Of a stretch of 64,000 nt of DNA, positions 49,506 through 58,828 are shown piece by piece. The notes under the pieces were generated by a model. It searched no databases. It saw only the letters and a program-made list of their open reading frames with translations, and was not told where the DNA came from. Source of the DNA: Spirochaetaceae bacterium (GTDB taxonomy: Bacteria > Spirochaetota > Spirochaetia > DSM-2461); NCBI GenBank assembly GCA_051531975.1, contig JAOPTT010000012.1, positions 64,001-128,000 of the forward strand, read 5' to 3'. Every line of letters starts with the position of its first letter. Positions within the stretch are counted from its first letter, which is position 1. Position numbers and translations under genes: made by a program.

Positions 49506-50185
49506 TGTATAAACTCATTTTATTAGATGCTGATAATACTATATTTGATTATGATAGGGCAGAAGAGTATGCCCTATTTGAAAGCTTTAAAAAATATGGT
49601 ATTACCGGTGATTATGTAAAAATCAGAGAGACATATAGAGGAATAAACTCTAAGCTTTGGAAGATGTTAGAAGATAAATTAATAACAAAGGTTAAACTTA
49701 AAAGTGAGAGATTTAGTCAGTTATTTGAAGTTTATGGTTATGACATAGATCCAGTATCATTTTCCGGTTATTATCTATTAAAGCTAGGTGAAGGTAACTT
49801 TTTATTAGATGGTGCAGTAGAGTTATGCAGATATTTAGCTAATAAGTATAAAGTTGTAATTTTAACCAATGGTATACAGAGTGTTCAGGAGAGTAGGATT
49901 AACAGTTCTGAAATCTCACAGTATATTGATGATATTGTTACATCAGACGAGGTTGGTGTTAATAAGCCTGATAAACATATATTCCAGTGGACCTTTGATA
50001 AATTAGGATATACTGATAAAGATTCAACTATTATTATTGGGGACTCTTTAACATCGGATATAAAAGGTGGCTTAAACTTTGGTATAGATACCTGCTGGTT
50101 TAATTTTGATCAAATTGAGAACCAGACAGATATTATACCTAAATATAAAATTGATAAGTTATCGGAGCTCTATGAGTTGCTATAA
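49505..50185 (+). CDS. yjjG: YjjG family HAD noncanonical pyrimidine nucleotidase
   Basis: DADNTIFD, LTNG, KPD, IGDSLTSDIKGG. Confidence 0.85.
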   Translation: MYKLILLDADNTIFDYDRAEEYALFESFKKYGITGDYVKIRETYRGINSKLWKMLEDKLITKVKLKSERFSQLFEVYGYDIDPVSFSGYYLLKLGEGNFLLDGAVELCRYLANKYKVVILTNGIQSVQESRINSSEISQYIDDIVTSDEVGVNKPDKHIFQWTFDKLGYTDKDSTIIIGDSLTSDIKGGLNFGIDTCWFNFDQIENQTDIIPKYKIDKLSELYELL

Positions 50186-50214
50186 CGTTATCGGAGCTCT
50201 ATGAGCTTCTCTAA
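50158..50214 (+). repeat. Tandem duplication of the yjjG 3' end
   Basis: GTTATCGGAGCTCTATGAG at 50158-50176 and 50187-50205; both copies read LSELYELL*. Confidence 0.9.
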
Positions 50215-51119
50215 CTAATAATTCCATGGAAGTCAGAAATTGTTTCAAAGTTGTTATTAGACATATACTCTTTAACACCTTCTAGGACTTTCTGTGGAAT
50301 AGTTGGATCAATAAATGTACCAGTTCCAATCTGAATAGCACTAGCACCTGCTAAAAAGTACTCTATAGCATCTTCAGCATTCATAATTCCACCAAGACCA
50401 ATTACAGGTATAGAAACTTTTTTAGATACTCTGTAAACAGCGGCAACTCCTACTGGCTTAATTGCAGGTCCAGAAAGACCTCCAGTTTTAGCAGCTATCG
50501 CTGGTTTCTTTTTATGTATATCAATCTTCATCCCCATAACTGTATTTATACAGGAAATTGCATCGGCTCCACCACGTTCACACGCCATAGCTACCTGGGT
50601 AATATCTGTTACATTTGGAGTTAATTTCATAATTACTGGTTTATCTGTCATCAATCTAATAGCTTTAGTTAAACGTTCAACCTGAATTGGATCTGTTCCA
50701 AAAGCTAAACCACCTGTTTTAACATTTGGACAAGATATATTTATCTCATAACCCCAAACAGAATCTACATGGTCTATTAGTTCTATAACTTTTAAGTACT
50801 CTTCTTCTGTTGAACCTGCAACATTAACAATTACAGCACAATTTTTAATACTATCAATAAATGGAACCTTTTTACTTAAAAAACCTTCTACTCCACTATT
50901 AGCTAGGCCAATAGAGTTAATTAACCCATTAGGAGTCTCTGTTAATCTAGGTAGTGCATTTCCCTCTCTAGGAAGAACTGTAACAGCTTTTGTAAAGATT
51001 GCTCCAAGCTTAGATAGATCTATTAACTGGTCATACTCTTCGCCAAAACCAAAAGTTCCAGACGCTGTTCCCACAGGATTAGGAAGGTATTTATCTCGAA
51101 TTTTTACTTTTAAGTCCAT
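50211..51119 (-). CDS. pyrD: Dihydroorotate dehydrogenase family 1B, catalytic subunit
   Basis: ASGTFG, NSIGLAN, EINISCPN, KLTPNV, GGLSGPAIKP. Confidence 0.93.
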   Translation of the reverse strand: MDLKVKIRDKYLPNPVGTASGTFGFGEEYDQLIDLSKLGAIFTKAVTVLPREGNALPRLTETPNGLINSIGLANSGVEGFLSKKVPFIDSIKNCAVIVNVAGSTEEEYLKVIELIDHVDSVWGYEINISCPNVKTGGLAFGTDPIQVERLTKAIRLMTDKPVIMKLTPNVTDITQVAMACERGGADAISCINTVMGMKIDIHKKKPAIAAKTGGLSGPAIKPVGVAAVYRVSKKVSIPVIGLGGIMNAEDAIEYFLAGASAIQIGTGTFIDPTIPQKVLEGVKEYMSNNNFETISDFHGIIS

Positions 51120-51865
51120 ATTATCTCCCTGCTGTTAAATACTGGTCCATCTTTACAGACCCTTTTATATTTTTCATCTAAGTTTGTCTCTACTACACAT
51201 CCATAACAAGCACCAACAGCACATGCCATCATCTCTTCTAAGGATACTTGGCACTGTAAGTCATATTTTAATGCTAAGTTGTGGCAAGCTTTTAACATAA
51301 TATGAGGTCCACATCCTAATAGTTCTGTATCTTTTAGATATTTTTTACCATCTGATTCTAAATACTGGGCAACATTACCTTTAAAACCCATAGAACCATC
51401 ATCAGTACAGATTATAGTTTCTATACCATCTGCTAAGTCCATTTCAGGTATAAAACTTTTGTCTCTAGCCCCTACAACTAAAACAGGATCTAATCTCATC
51501 TCTTTAAAGTAGTTTGCTGTAAAAATCATTGGACCTAAACCAATTCCTCCTGCAACTAACACTGGTCTTTTTGCAGGTTTTGAAAAAGCTACACCTAAAG
51601 GGCCTAAAATACTAACTTCGTCTCCAGGTTTAAGTTTGGAAAACTCTGAAGTAGCATCACCAACGGTTTTATATATAATAGAACCTTGGCCGTTTTTGTA
51701 ATCAGAAAATGCAAATGGTCTCCGTAATAGAGGAAGACCCTCGGGTTTAATTGTTAAAAACTGTCCTGGTTTAGGGACAAAATTTTCATTCCATGTAAAA
51801 ACTAACTCGTAATAATCTGCTGCAATTAGCCTATTATTAATTACTTTGCACTGTTCCTGAATCAT
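51110..51865 (-). CDS. pyrK: Dihydroorotate dehydrogenase electron-transfer subunit
   Basis: PGQF, RRPF, GPLG, GGIG, CGP, MACAVGACYGC...VCKDGPVF ([2Fe-2S]). Confidence 0.93.
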   Translation of the reverse strand: MIQEQCKVINNRLIAADYYELVFTWNENFVPKPGQFLTIKPEGLPLLRRPFAFSDYKNGQGSIIYKTVGDATSEFSKLKPGDEVSILGPLGVAFSKPAKRPVLVAGGIGLGPMIFTANYFKEMRLDPVLVVGARDKSFIPEMDLADGIETIICTDDGSMGFKGNVAQYLESDGKKYLKDTELLGCGPHIMLKACHNLALKYDLQCQVSLEEMMACAVGACYGCVVETNLDEKYKRVCKDGPVFNSREIIWT

Positions 51866-51872
51866 AAATATT

Positions 51873-52304
51873 TTATCTCTCCGAAATTATTTTTTGCCAC
51901 TCATCACTGTTATCTAATGTTGGCTTTAAGTACTTTTCTAGTTTTGAAAGTTTTAATGCAGTCTCTATTTCTATAATATGTTCTATCTGGCAACCTATTT
52001 TTGTCGCATTTTCTTCATCCATAAGTAGTACATTTTTAAAAAAAGATACTAACAATTTATGTTTTTCATAAACTTTTACTGCTATGGACATACCACTTTC
52101 AGTAAGGTTAATAAAAGAATTCTTTTCGTACTCTATTAAACCTTTAGATTTTAAGTTTTTAAGAGCTCCAGATACTGATGGCATCTGAACACCTAGATCA
52201 GAGGCTATATCTTTTACCCTTGCAACTCTATTTTTTTTCTCTAATTGCAGTATTGTCTCTAGGTAATCCTCTAAGCTTGGGGTTAGTTTTATTATATCTT
52301 CCAT
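51873..52304 (-). CDS. DtxR/MntR family metal-dependent repressor
   Basis: SLEDYLETI, ARVKDIA, KH, CQIEH metal-ligand region. Confidence 0.9.
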   Translation of the reverse strand: MEDIIKLTPSLEDYLETILQLEKKNRVARVKDIASDLGVQMPSVSGALKNLKSKGLIEYEKNSFINLTESGMSIAVKVYEKHKLLVSFFKNVLLMDEENATKIGCQIEHIIEIETALKLSKLEKYLKPTLDNSDEWQKIISER

Positions 52305-52353
52305 TTTGTCACCTTATTTTATTAGTATTAGCTATCAAAGTTTAGCATATTAA

Positions 52354-52848
52354 CTAAAGCCTTTCAACTTTGGTTCTCTCAGTTTTAAGTCTCTTTTTTT
52401 TAATTCGCCAATATTCAACTAACTCTATATTATCCAAAGGGTTATCTAAATCCCACATTGTTAGTTCATAGAATCCTAAATCCCAGTTTCTGATAACATC
52501 ATAGGTTATTTCAGGAGGATTCCACCCTTTATTATCTCTACCTAATAAAATAAAAAACTCATTAGAAGGGAACTCTTTTAAGTTATGACCATTAAAAATC
52601 GCATTTAAAGGTACATTTGGCAGTGAAACTCCCCACCAATCATCAATTTTTTTAATATCACCTGTTCTAAACTCTGTTAAAATATCTATTTTTTTATTAA
52701 ACTCATTTTTAGATATTAGTGAACTGTATGATTCTAATATAGCTATAGGTGGCAAACACACTAAAAGTGGGGAGCCCAGCTGTATTTTTTTGTATTTATT
52801 ATCGAGATTAGATGCAGGTATAAGTGCTGTAAAATATATTTTCTTCAT
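52354..52848 (-). CDS. Hypothetical protein
   Basis: 164-aa ORF filling the gap between genes; no motif recognised. Confidence 0.55.
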   Translation of the reverse strand: MKKIYFTALIPASNLDNKYKKIQLGSPLLVCLPPIAILESYSSLISKNEFNKKIDILTEFRTGDIKKIDDWWGVSLPNVPLNAIFNGHNLKEFPSNEFFILLGRDNKGWNPPEITYDVIRNWDLGFYELTMWDLDNPLDNIELVEYWRIKKKRLKTERTKVERL

Positions 52849-52977
52849 AAGTCTGAAGGTATTATATATATTCTTTAAATTTAATTCTACAAAGAGAGTT
52901 TAAAGGCTTTACATCTTTATCTATATTTGGTATTTTACACTCACTTATTGAGTAATTTTTCTTAAGGTAGGAATATA

Positions 52978-53205
52978 ATGGCTAGAAAATGTGAAATATG
53001 TGGTAAAGGTACTATAGCTGGAAACAGTGTACCAAGAAAGGGTTTGCCTAAAAAGAAAGGTGGAGCTGGACAACACATCGGTGTTAAATCAAAAAGAACT
53101 TTTAAACCTAATATAGTTAAGGTTCAAGCAACTATTGCTGGTTCAACAAAATCTGTAAAAGTTTGTACTAGATGCTTAAAAGCAGGAAAGGTAGAAAAAC
53201 TATAA
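52978..53205 (+). CDS. rpmB: 50S ribosomal protein L28
   Basis: MARKCEICGK...GN...KRTFKPN...KVCTRCLK; four Cys. Confidence 0.95.
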   Translation: MARKCEICGKGTIAGNSVPRKGLPKKKGGAGQHIGVKSKRTFKPNIVKVQATIAGSTKSVKVCTRCLKAGKVEKL

Positions 53206-53229
53206 TTAAAAGAGTGTTACTCTTTTAAT
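53205..53229. terminator. AT-rich hairpin between convergent rpmB and MBL hydrolase
   Basis: ATTAAAAGAGT-gtt-ACTCTTTTAAT. Confidence 0.55.
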
Positions 53230-54001
53230 CAGATTTTAAACAAAGTCCGTCATGTGCGGGCTTTATTTTTTTTATAAGCAATTCTTTTTTAATCAACTCC
53301 TCTTCTAATGTATAATGATCTAAAGCATGACTAAGGTGTGTAAGGTAGGCTCTTTTAGGTTTTATTTTCTCTATCTGTTCAATAGCTTGGTCTATACTAT
53401 AATGGGTACTGTGCTCTGTATATCGTAGGGCTCCAATTATTAAAATATCTAGATCTTTTAATAGTGTATAACTCTCGACCGGGATTCCACTACAATCTGT
53501 TAAATAAGCAATATTATTAATTCTATACCCATAAATATCTAATACTCCATGTTTTAATGGTATAGGTGTTATGTTTAGATCTCCAATAGTCACTGGCTCA
53601 AAAATCTCATGGGGAATCAAGTTAGGTTTACCACCACCTTTTTGAACTGTTTCTCCAAATATATACGGAAACCTCTCTTTTATTTCCAACATATTCTCTG
53701 GTAAACCATACAGAGGAATACTCTTTTTTACACTATATGGTCTAATATCATCTATTCCATGAAGATGGTCTGCATGGGTATGGGTGTAAAATATTGCATC
53801 AATCTGAGTAATGTTATGTTTAATCCCTTGGATTCTAAATTCTGGAGTTGTATCTATTAGAAGTTTAGTTGTTTCTGATTCTATGTATACAGATGACCTT
53901 AAACGTCTATTTTTTTCTCTGTCTGAAGTACATACATTACAACTACAGGTTAATACAGGTATACCATGGGAGGTTCCTGTACCTAAAAAAGTTAATTTCA
54001 T
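53225..54001 (-). CDS. Metallo-beta-lactamase fold hydrolase (PhnP-like)
   Basis: LGTGTSHGIP..CxCxxC, THTHADHLHG, YLTD, THLSH. Confidence 0.88.
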   Translation of the reverse strand: MKLTFLGTGTSHGIPVLTCSCNVCTSDREKNRRLRSSVYIESETTKLLIDTTPEFRIQGIKHNITQIDAIFYTHTHADHLHGIDDIRPYSVKKSIPLYGLPENMLEIKERFPYIFGETVQKGGGKPNLIPHEIFEPVTIGDLNITPIPLKHGVLDIYGYRINNIAYLTDCSGIPVESYTLLKDLDILIIGALRYTEHSTHYSIDQAIEQIEKIKPKRAYLTHLSHALDHYTLEEELIKKELLIKKIKPAHDGLCLKSD

Positions 54002-54096
54002 AATATAATAATACCATTTATCCTAACTTCTTCTATAGTAATTTTTACTATTTAGAGGCATAATTTCAAATTATCAAATTAAGGTTGGTTTTTAAG

Positions 54097-55413
54097 ATGA
54101 AATATTGCGTGATTGTACTAGGATGCCAGATGAATATATCTGATTCTGAGCGTGTTAGGACAGTATTAGACAGTTTAGGATATACATATACAGATAACGA
54201 AGATGAAGCAGATATATTAGGTGTAGTAGCCTGTTCTGTTAGACAGAAAGCTATAGATAAGGTTTATTCTAGAATACATCGATGGAATAAGATGAAGAAG
54301 AAGCAAAAAAGAAATATTCTTACATTTTTATCCGGTTGTGTATTAGAGAGTGACGAGAAGAAGTTTTTAAAGACATTTGATTTTGTTTTTAAAATGGGAG
54401 ACTTGGACAAATTACCAGAAATGATACAAAATTATGGTATAGCAACTCCAGGTTCTTTAAAAAATCTAAATAACTTAACAGACTTTTGGCAGATAAACCC
54501 CCAACACAGTAATAACTTCGATGCATATGTTCCAATACAAAATGGATGTAATAACTTTTGTAGTTATTGTGCTGTTCCATATACGAGAGGAAGAGAGTTA
54601 TCTAGACCCTCTGATGATATTATTAACGAAGTTAAAGAGTTAGTAGAAAAAGGATTTAAACAGATTACTCTACTAGGGCAGAATGTAAACTCCTACGGTT
54701 CTGATAAAGATGGTAAAGAGATTACATTTCCTAATTTATTAGAGACGTTAGGTGAATATGGTGATAAAAGTGGTAAAGAATTTTTACTATATTTTACTGC
54801 TCCACATCCAAAAGATTTTTCAGAAGAGTTATTACATATTATGTCTAGATATAACTGTTTAGCTAACTGGGTACATTTCCCAATTCAGAGTGGTGACAAT
54901 ACTATCTTAGAGAAGATGAATCGAAAATATACGGTAGAGGATTATGCCAAATCTGTAGATAAAATAAGAACTATTTTACCTGAAGCTACTCTATTCACAG
55001 ATATAATAGTTGGGTTTGGTGGAGAGACGGAAGAGTTCTTTCTAAATACTAAAAAAGCTATGGAAAGATTTAAGTATAATATGGTTTATATTGCTTGTTA
55101 TTCTCCAAGGCCAGGTGCCCAAAGCCATAAATGGGAAGATGATATTCCATTAGAAGTAAAAAAAGAGCGGCTTCATATTTTATCAGATGTAATGATGGAA
55201 ACATCTTTAGAGTATAATAAGAACTTATTAGGTAAAACTCTTAGGGTACTCCTAACTGGTAAAGACAGAAAAGAACTATACTACCAGGGGTTCACCGAAG
55301 GAAGAGTTGTAACTAGAGTAAAAGTAAATGACGATGACTTAGTAGGTAAGTTTGTAAACTTAAAAATAACTGATATTACCCACATGTCAATTGAGGGGGT
55401 TGTAGTTGAGTAA
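54097..55413 (+). CDS. miaB: tRNA methylthiotransferase MiaB
   Basis: GCQMNISDSE, CSVRQKA, GCNNFCSYC, VPYTRGRE, LGQNVNSY, TRAM tail. Confidence 0.85.
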   Translation: MKYCVIVLGCQMNISDSERVRTVLDSLGYTYTDNEDEADILGVVACSVRQKAIDKVYSRIHRWNKMKKKQKRNILTFLSGCVLESDEKKFLKTFDFVFKMGDLDKLPEMIQNYGIATPGSLKNLNNLTDFWQINPQHSNNFDAYVPIQNGCNNFCSYCAVPYTRGRELSRPSDDIINEVKELVEKGFKQITLLGQNVNSYGSDKDGKEITFPNLLETLGEYGDKSGKEFLLYFTAPHPKDFSEELLHIMSRYNCLANWVHFPIQSGDNTILEKMNRKYTVEDYAKSVDKIRTILPEATLFTDIIVGFGGETEEFFLNTKKAMERFKYNMVYIACYSPRPGAQSHKWEDDIPLEVKKERLHILSDVMMETSLEYNKNLLGKTLRVLLTGKDRKELYYQGFTEGRVVTRVKVNDDDLVGKFVNLKITDITHMSIEGVVVE

Positions 55414-56683
55414 AAAAGTTGCATTAAATACTCTTGGTTGCAAAATGAATCAATATGAGTCTGATAGTCTCGCTTCTGATTTTATTAAAGCTGGTTATTC
55501 AGTTGTACCATTTGATGAAGTAGCAGACGTATATGTAATTAATACATGTACTGTTACCAATAAAAGCGATAGAAAAAGCCGTAACAGCATAAATAAAGCT
55601 AGAAAGCAGGAAGGTGCTGTTGTTGTTGTAACAGGTTGTTACGTGGATTCTACAAAACATGACTTAGAAAAAACTACAGGTTTAACATTTTTAATAGAGA
55701 ATAAACGTAAAAACCAGATATTCCACTTAGTTGACTCATATTTTAATGGGGAAATTGAACATGATAACAATAAAAAAGATGTTTTTGATTTCCATACAAC
55801 AGATAAAGGTCTTAGGACTAGAGCTACAATTAAGATTCAAGATGGATGTGATAGTTTTTGTAGTTATTGCATAATACCCTTTGTTCGAGGGGCTGGGATT
55901 AGTAGACCACAAGAGGATATTTTAAATAGTATTAAAGATCATCTGGATGAGGGTTTTAAAGAGATTGTATTAACAGGTATAAACATGTCTTGTTATACTC
56001 ACGAGGGTACTGGATTTATTGACCTTGTTAAATCAATATTAGAAATAGAAGGTGATTGGCGTCTTAGAATATCTTCTTTAGAACCAGATATGATAGGTGA
56101 CGAGATTGTTGAACTTTTTAAACACCCTAGAATGACTCCACATCTGCATCTATGTCTGCAAAGTGGTTCTGAACAGATTTTAAAAGAGATGAAGAGAGAC
56201 TATACCTTTAAGCAGTATAAAAATATTATATTACGTATTAAAAAAGTAATCCCACTATTTAATATAACTACGGATCTGATTGTTGGATTCCCTGGTGAGA
56301 GCACAATACTATTTAATGAGAGCCTTGAAGCCAGTAAAGAGTTAGGGTTTGGACATATCCATACATTTAAATATTCTAAGAGAGAAGGAACTAAAGCAGC
56401 AGATTTTAAAGATCAGGTTGATGAGAAGGTTAAATCTTCTAGATCTGAAGAGATTCGTATACTGTCATTAGAACTGAAAAGAAATTATAGGGAATCTTTA
56501 ATTGGAACTACTCAGAGAGTATTAATTGAAAAAGTTATTGATGGATTTGGAAAAGGTTTTGGGGAATATTATGTTCCTGTAAAGTTTAATACAAATTTAA
56601 CTGAAATTAATCAGTTTGTTAATATAAAAATTACAGGAATATCAGATGGTTCTGAACCTATGCTATTAGGAGAGGAGATTTAA
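55406..56683 (+). CDS. mtaB: tRNA t6A methylthiotransferase MtaB
   Basis: TLGCKMNQYES, INTCTVT, KIQDGCDSFCSYCIIP, RLRISSLEP, HTFKYSKREGT. Confidence 0.88.
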   Translation: MSKKVALNTLGCKMNQYESDSLASDFIKAGYSVVPFDEVADVYVINTCTVTNKSDRKSRNSINKARKQEGAVVVVTGCYVDSTKHDLEKTTGLTFLIENKRKNQIFHLVDSYFNGEIEHDNNKKDVFDFHTTDKGLRTRATIKIQDGCDSFCSYCIIPFVRGAGISRPQEDILNSIKDHLDEGFKEIVLTGINMSCYTHEGTGFIDLVKSILEIEGDWRLRISSLEPDMIGDEIVELFKHPRMTPHLHLCLQSGSEQILKEMKRDYTFKQYKNIILRIKKVIPLFNITTDLIVGFPGESTILFNESLEASKELGFGHIHTFKYSKREGTKAADFKDQVDEKVKSSRSEEIRILSLELKRNYRESLIGTTQRVLIEKVIDGFGKGFGEYYVPVKFNTNLTEINQFVNIKITGISDGSEPMLLGEEI

Positions 56684-56695
56684 TCCTCCCTATTA

Positions 56696-57037
56696 TTAAC
56701 CAATAGCTTCATCACCATTTTCTTCTGTCCTAATTCTATAACATTGTTCTAATGGTTGTACAAATATTTTACCATCACCAATGTTTCCAGTCTTAGCACC
56801 TCTAATTATTGCCTGAACTGTATTATCTACGTATGTATCGTTAACAGCAATTCTAATACATACTTTAGGTAGTAGATTTACTTGGTGGTTTACACCTCTA
56901 TAACTCTCGGTATAACCCATTTGTTGACCACAACCCTTAACTTGAAATACTGTCATCTTACCTACGTTTTCTTTATGTAACTCTTTTTTTACAGATTCTA
57001 ACTGCTCTGGTTGTATTATTGCTTCTATCATTTTCAT
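56696..57037 (-). CDS. glnK: P-II nitrogen regulatory protein (amt-linked, GlnK-type)
   Basis: MKMIEAIIQP, T-loop ESYRG (Tyr51), TGNIGDGKIF, RIRT; start 57037 after an AGGAG SD. Confidence 0.88.
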   Translation of the reverse strand: MKMIEAIIQPEQLESVKKELHKENVGKMTVFQVKGCGQQMGYTESYRGVNHQVNLLPKVCIRIAVNDTYVDNTVQAIIRGAKTGNIGDGKIFVQPLEQCYRIRTEENGDEAIG

Positions 57038-57050
57038 AAGTTTTCTCCTT

Positions 57051-58268
57051 TTATAGTGCTTCTTCTGGATTTGCTTCAACATGATGGATAACAAGGTCGG
57101 CACCTAACATCTCTTGTTGTTCAGTTAACCTAATTCCAACTGTTTTCTTTAAAGTTCCATAAACTAAGATACTAGCAATTAATGCTACTAATATAACAAA
57201 AACAGTACCAATTAACTGTGCAATAAACGAAACTTCGCCAACTCCACCAAAAAATTCTAAACCAAATATACCAACAGCTAAACCACCCCATGTTCCACAA
57301 AGTCCATGTAGAGGCCAAACACCTAAAACATCATCAATTTTTAATTTCTCAGTAACTAAATGGAAACCAAATACAAAAATTATACCTGCTATAATTCCAA
57401 CTACTAAAGCACCAATAGGGTGATATAGATTACTACCAGCACAAACTGCAACTAAACCTGCAAGAGCACCATTATGAGTAAATCCTGCATCATTTTTAGA
57501 AAAAATAGAACCAGCTAATATTCCACCAACCATTGCCATTAAAGAGTTAATTGCAACAATAGAATTAATTCCGTCAATTGCCTGGGCACTCATAACATTA
57601 AAACCAAACCAACCTATACATAATACCCAGCTACCAAGAGCTAAAAATGGTATGTTACTTACAGGAATAGGGGAGCTTGTTCCATCATCTAAATATCTTT
57701 TTCTTCTAGGGCCTAATATAATAATAGCAGGAAGTGCTAACCACCCACCCATTGCATGAACAACAATTGATCCAGCATAATCTTTAAATGGAGTTCCAAC
57801 TAAAGCTTCTAACCAAGAACCAGGACCAAATAAGTTTAATTGTCCCCATATTGCAGATTCTATAAATGGATAAACCAAACCAACAAAAACAGCTCCTGCT
57901 ATCGAGTTTGTCCAAAATTTAGCTCTTTCTGCAACACCACCGGATATAATAGCTGGAATACAAGCAGCAAAACCTAAAAGAAGGAAGAATCGTATCATAT
58001 CTATAGATCCGTTCTCTACTAAACTATTTGCACTTTGCCAAAAAGTAAATGACTTAACACCGTAGGCAATTGGAAAACCTATAGCAAAATATACAACTGT
58101 TGAAATTGCCCAGTCAAATATTATTTTATTAAGTGCATTAACTTGATTCTTTTTTCTAACAGATCCTACCTCTAAAAAGGCAAAACCAGCATGCATTGAA
58201 AATATCATCACCGCACCTAATAGTAAAAACAGTATATTTCCACTATCTAAACTCACAAACTTTTCCAT
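57051..58268 (-). CDS. amt: Ammonium transporter
   Basis: MHAGFAFLE, SGGVAER, DYAGSIVVH, GWFGFN, DDVLGVWPLHG (twin His retained); start 58268 after a GGAGG SD. Confidence 0.93.
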   Translation of the reverse strand: MEKFVSLDSGNILFLLLGAVMIFSMHAGFAFLEVGSVRKKNQVNALNKIIFDWAISTVVYFAIGFPIAYGVKSFTFWQSANSLVENGSIDMIRFFLLLGFAACIPAIISGGVAERAKFWTNSIAGAVFVGLVYPFIESAIWGQLNLFGPGSWLEALVGTPFKDYAGSIVVHAMGGWLALPAIIILGPRRKRYLDDGTSSPIPVSNIPFLALGSWVLCIGWFGFNVMSAQAIDGINSIVAINSLMAMVGGILAGSIFSKNDAGFTHNGALAGLVAVCAGSNLYHPIGALVVGIIAGIIFVFGFHLVTEKLKIDDVLGVWPLHGLCGTWGGLAVGIFGLEFFGGVGEVSFIAQLIGTVFVILVALIASILVYGTLKKTVGIRLTEQQEMLGADLVIHHVEANPEEAL

Positions 58269-58302
58269 ATTACTCAAACCTCCGTTGTTGTTACTTTTAT
58301 GT

Positions 58303-58319
58303 AGCATTTATTGTGCCAA
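58303..58319 (-). promoter_or_regulatory. sigma54 (-24/-12) promoter of amt-glnK
   Basis: Minus strand TTGGCAC-AATAAAT-GCT: GG and GC separated by exactly 10 nt. Confidence 0.75.
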
Positions 58320-58530
58320 GTTACATTTTTGTTGATTCTATGGTTGTAATATAGATATTCAGTACATAAATCCAATATATAAATAGTTTTAAAACATACA
58401 TTTATGTATTACCGTGATGAATTATCCAACAAAATTGTTAGTTTCAGGTGAAAATGAATATGAATTACTTCATTTGTTACATTATTGTGAATTCTTTCAC
58501 TACATTTATGAATGTTTTGTGTATTTGGTT

Positions 58531-58695
58531 ATATTATGAGGTCAATAACCTAAGATTATTTCAAAAGGTATTCATTGGTGCTCTAATATTAAATAATATG
58601 TATTGATACATATTATTAGGTCTAAAACCTAAAATTTATTTCATAAGGTATTCATTGGTGTTCTATTAATAAATAATATGTATTATACATATTAT
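58531..58695. repeat. Imperfect ~79-bp tandem duplication with palindromic junctions
   Basis: Units 58531-58609 and 58610-58688 share AAGGTATTCATTGGTG and AAATAATATGTATT; palindromes at 58592-58617 and 58673-58695. Confidence 0.85.
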
Positions 58696-58766
58696 GATGT
58701 CCATTTGTATCTAATATGTATTTTGCGTATATTTGTTTGTGTAATATTTATAAATAATATGTATTA

Positions 58767-58795
58767 TTGACACTTCTCACAGCTACTACGATAAT
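58767..58795 (+). promoter_or_regulatory. Probable sigma70 promoter of galM-oxidoreductase
   Basis: TTGACA (58767-58772), 17 bp, GATAAT (58790-58795). Confidence 0.55.
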
Positions 58796-58828
58796 TAGTA
58801 AGATAATATGAAAAATTGGGAGTATTTA

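Noticed and set aside
54097..56683. Adjacent miaB and mtaB as a recent duplication
   Set aside because: Each carries its own subfamily motifs; they are ancient paralogues that are simply clustered.
58531..58775. Possible CRISPR array
   Set aside because: Only two units, the would-be spacers are near-identical, and no cas genes are present; it is a tandem duplication.
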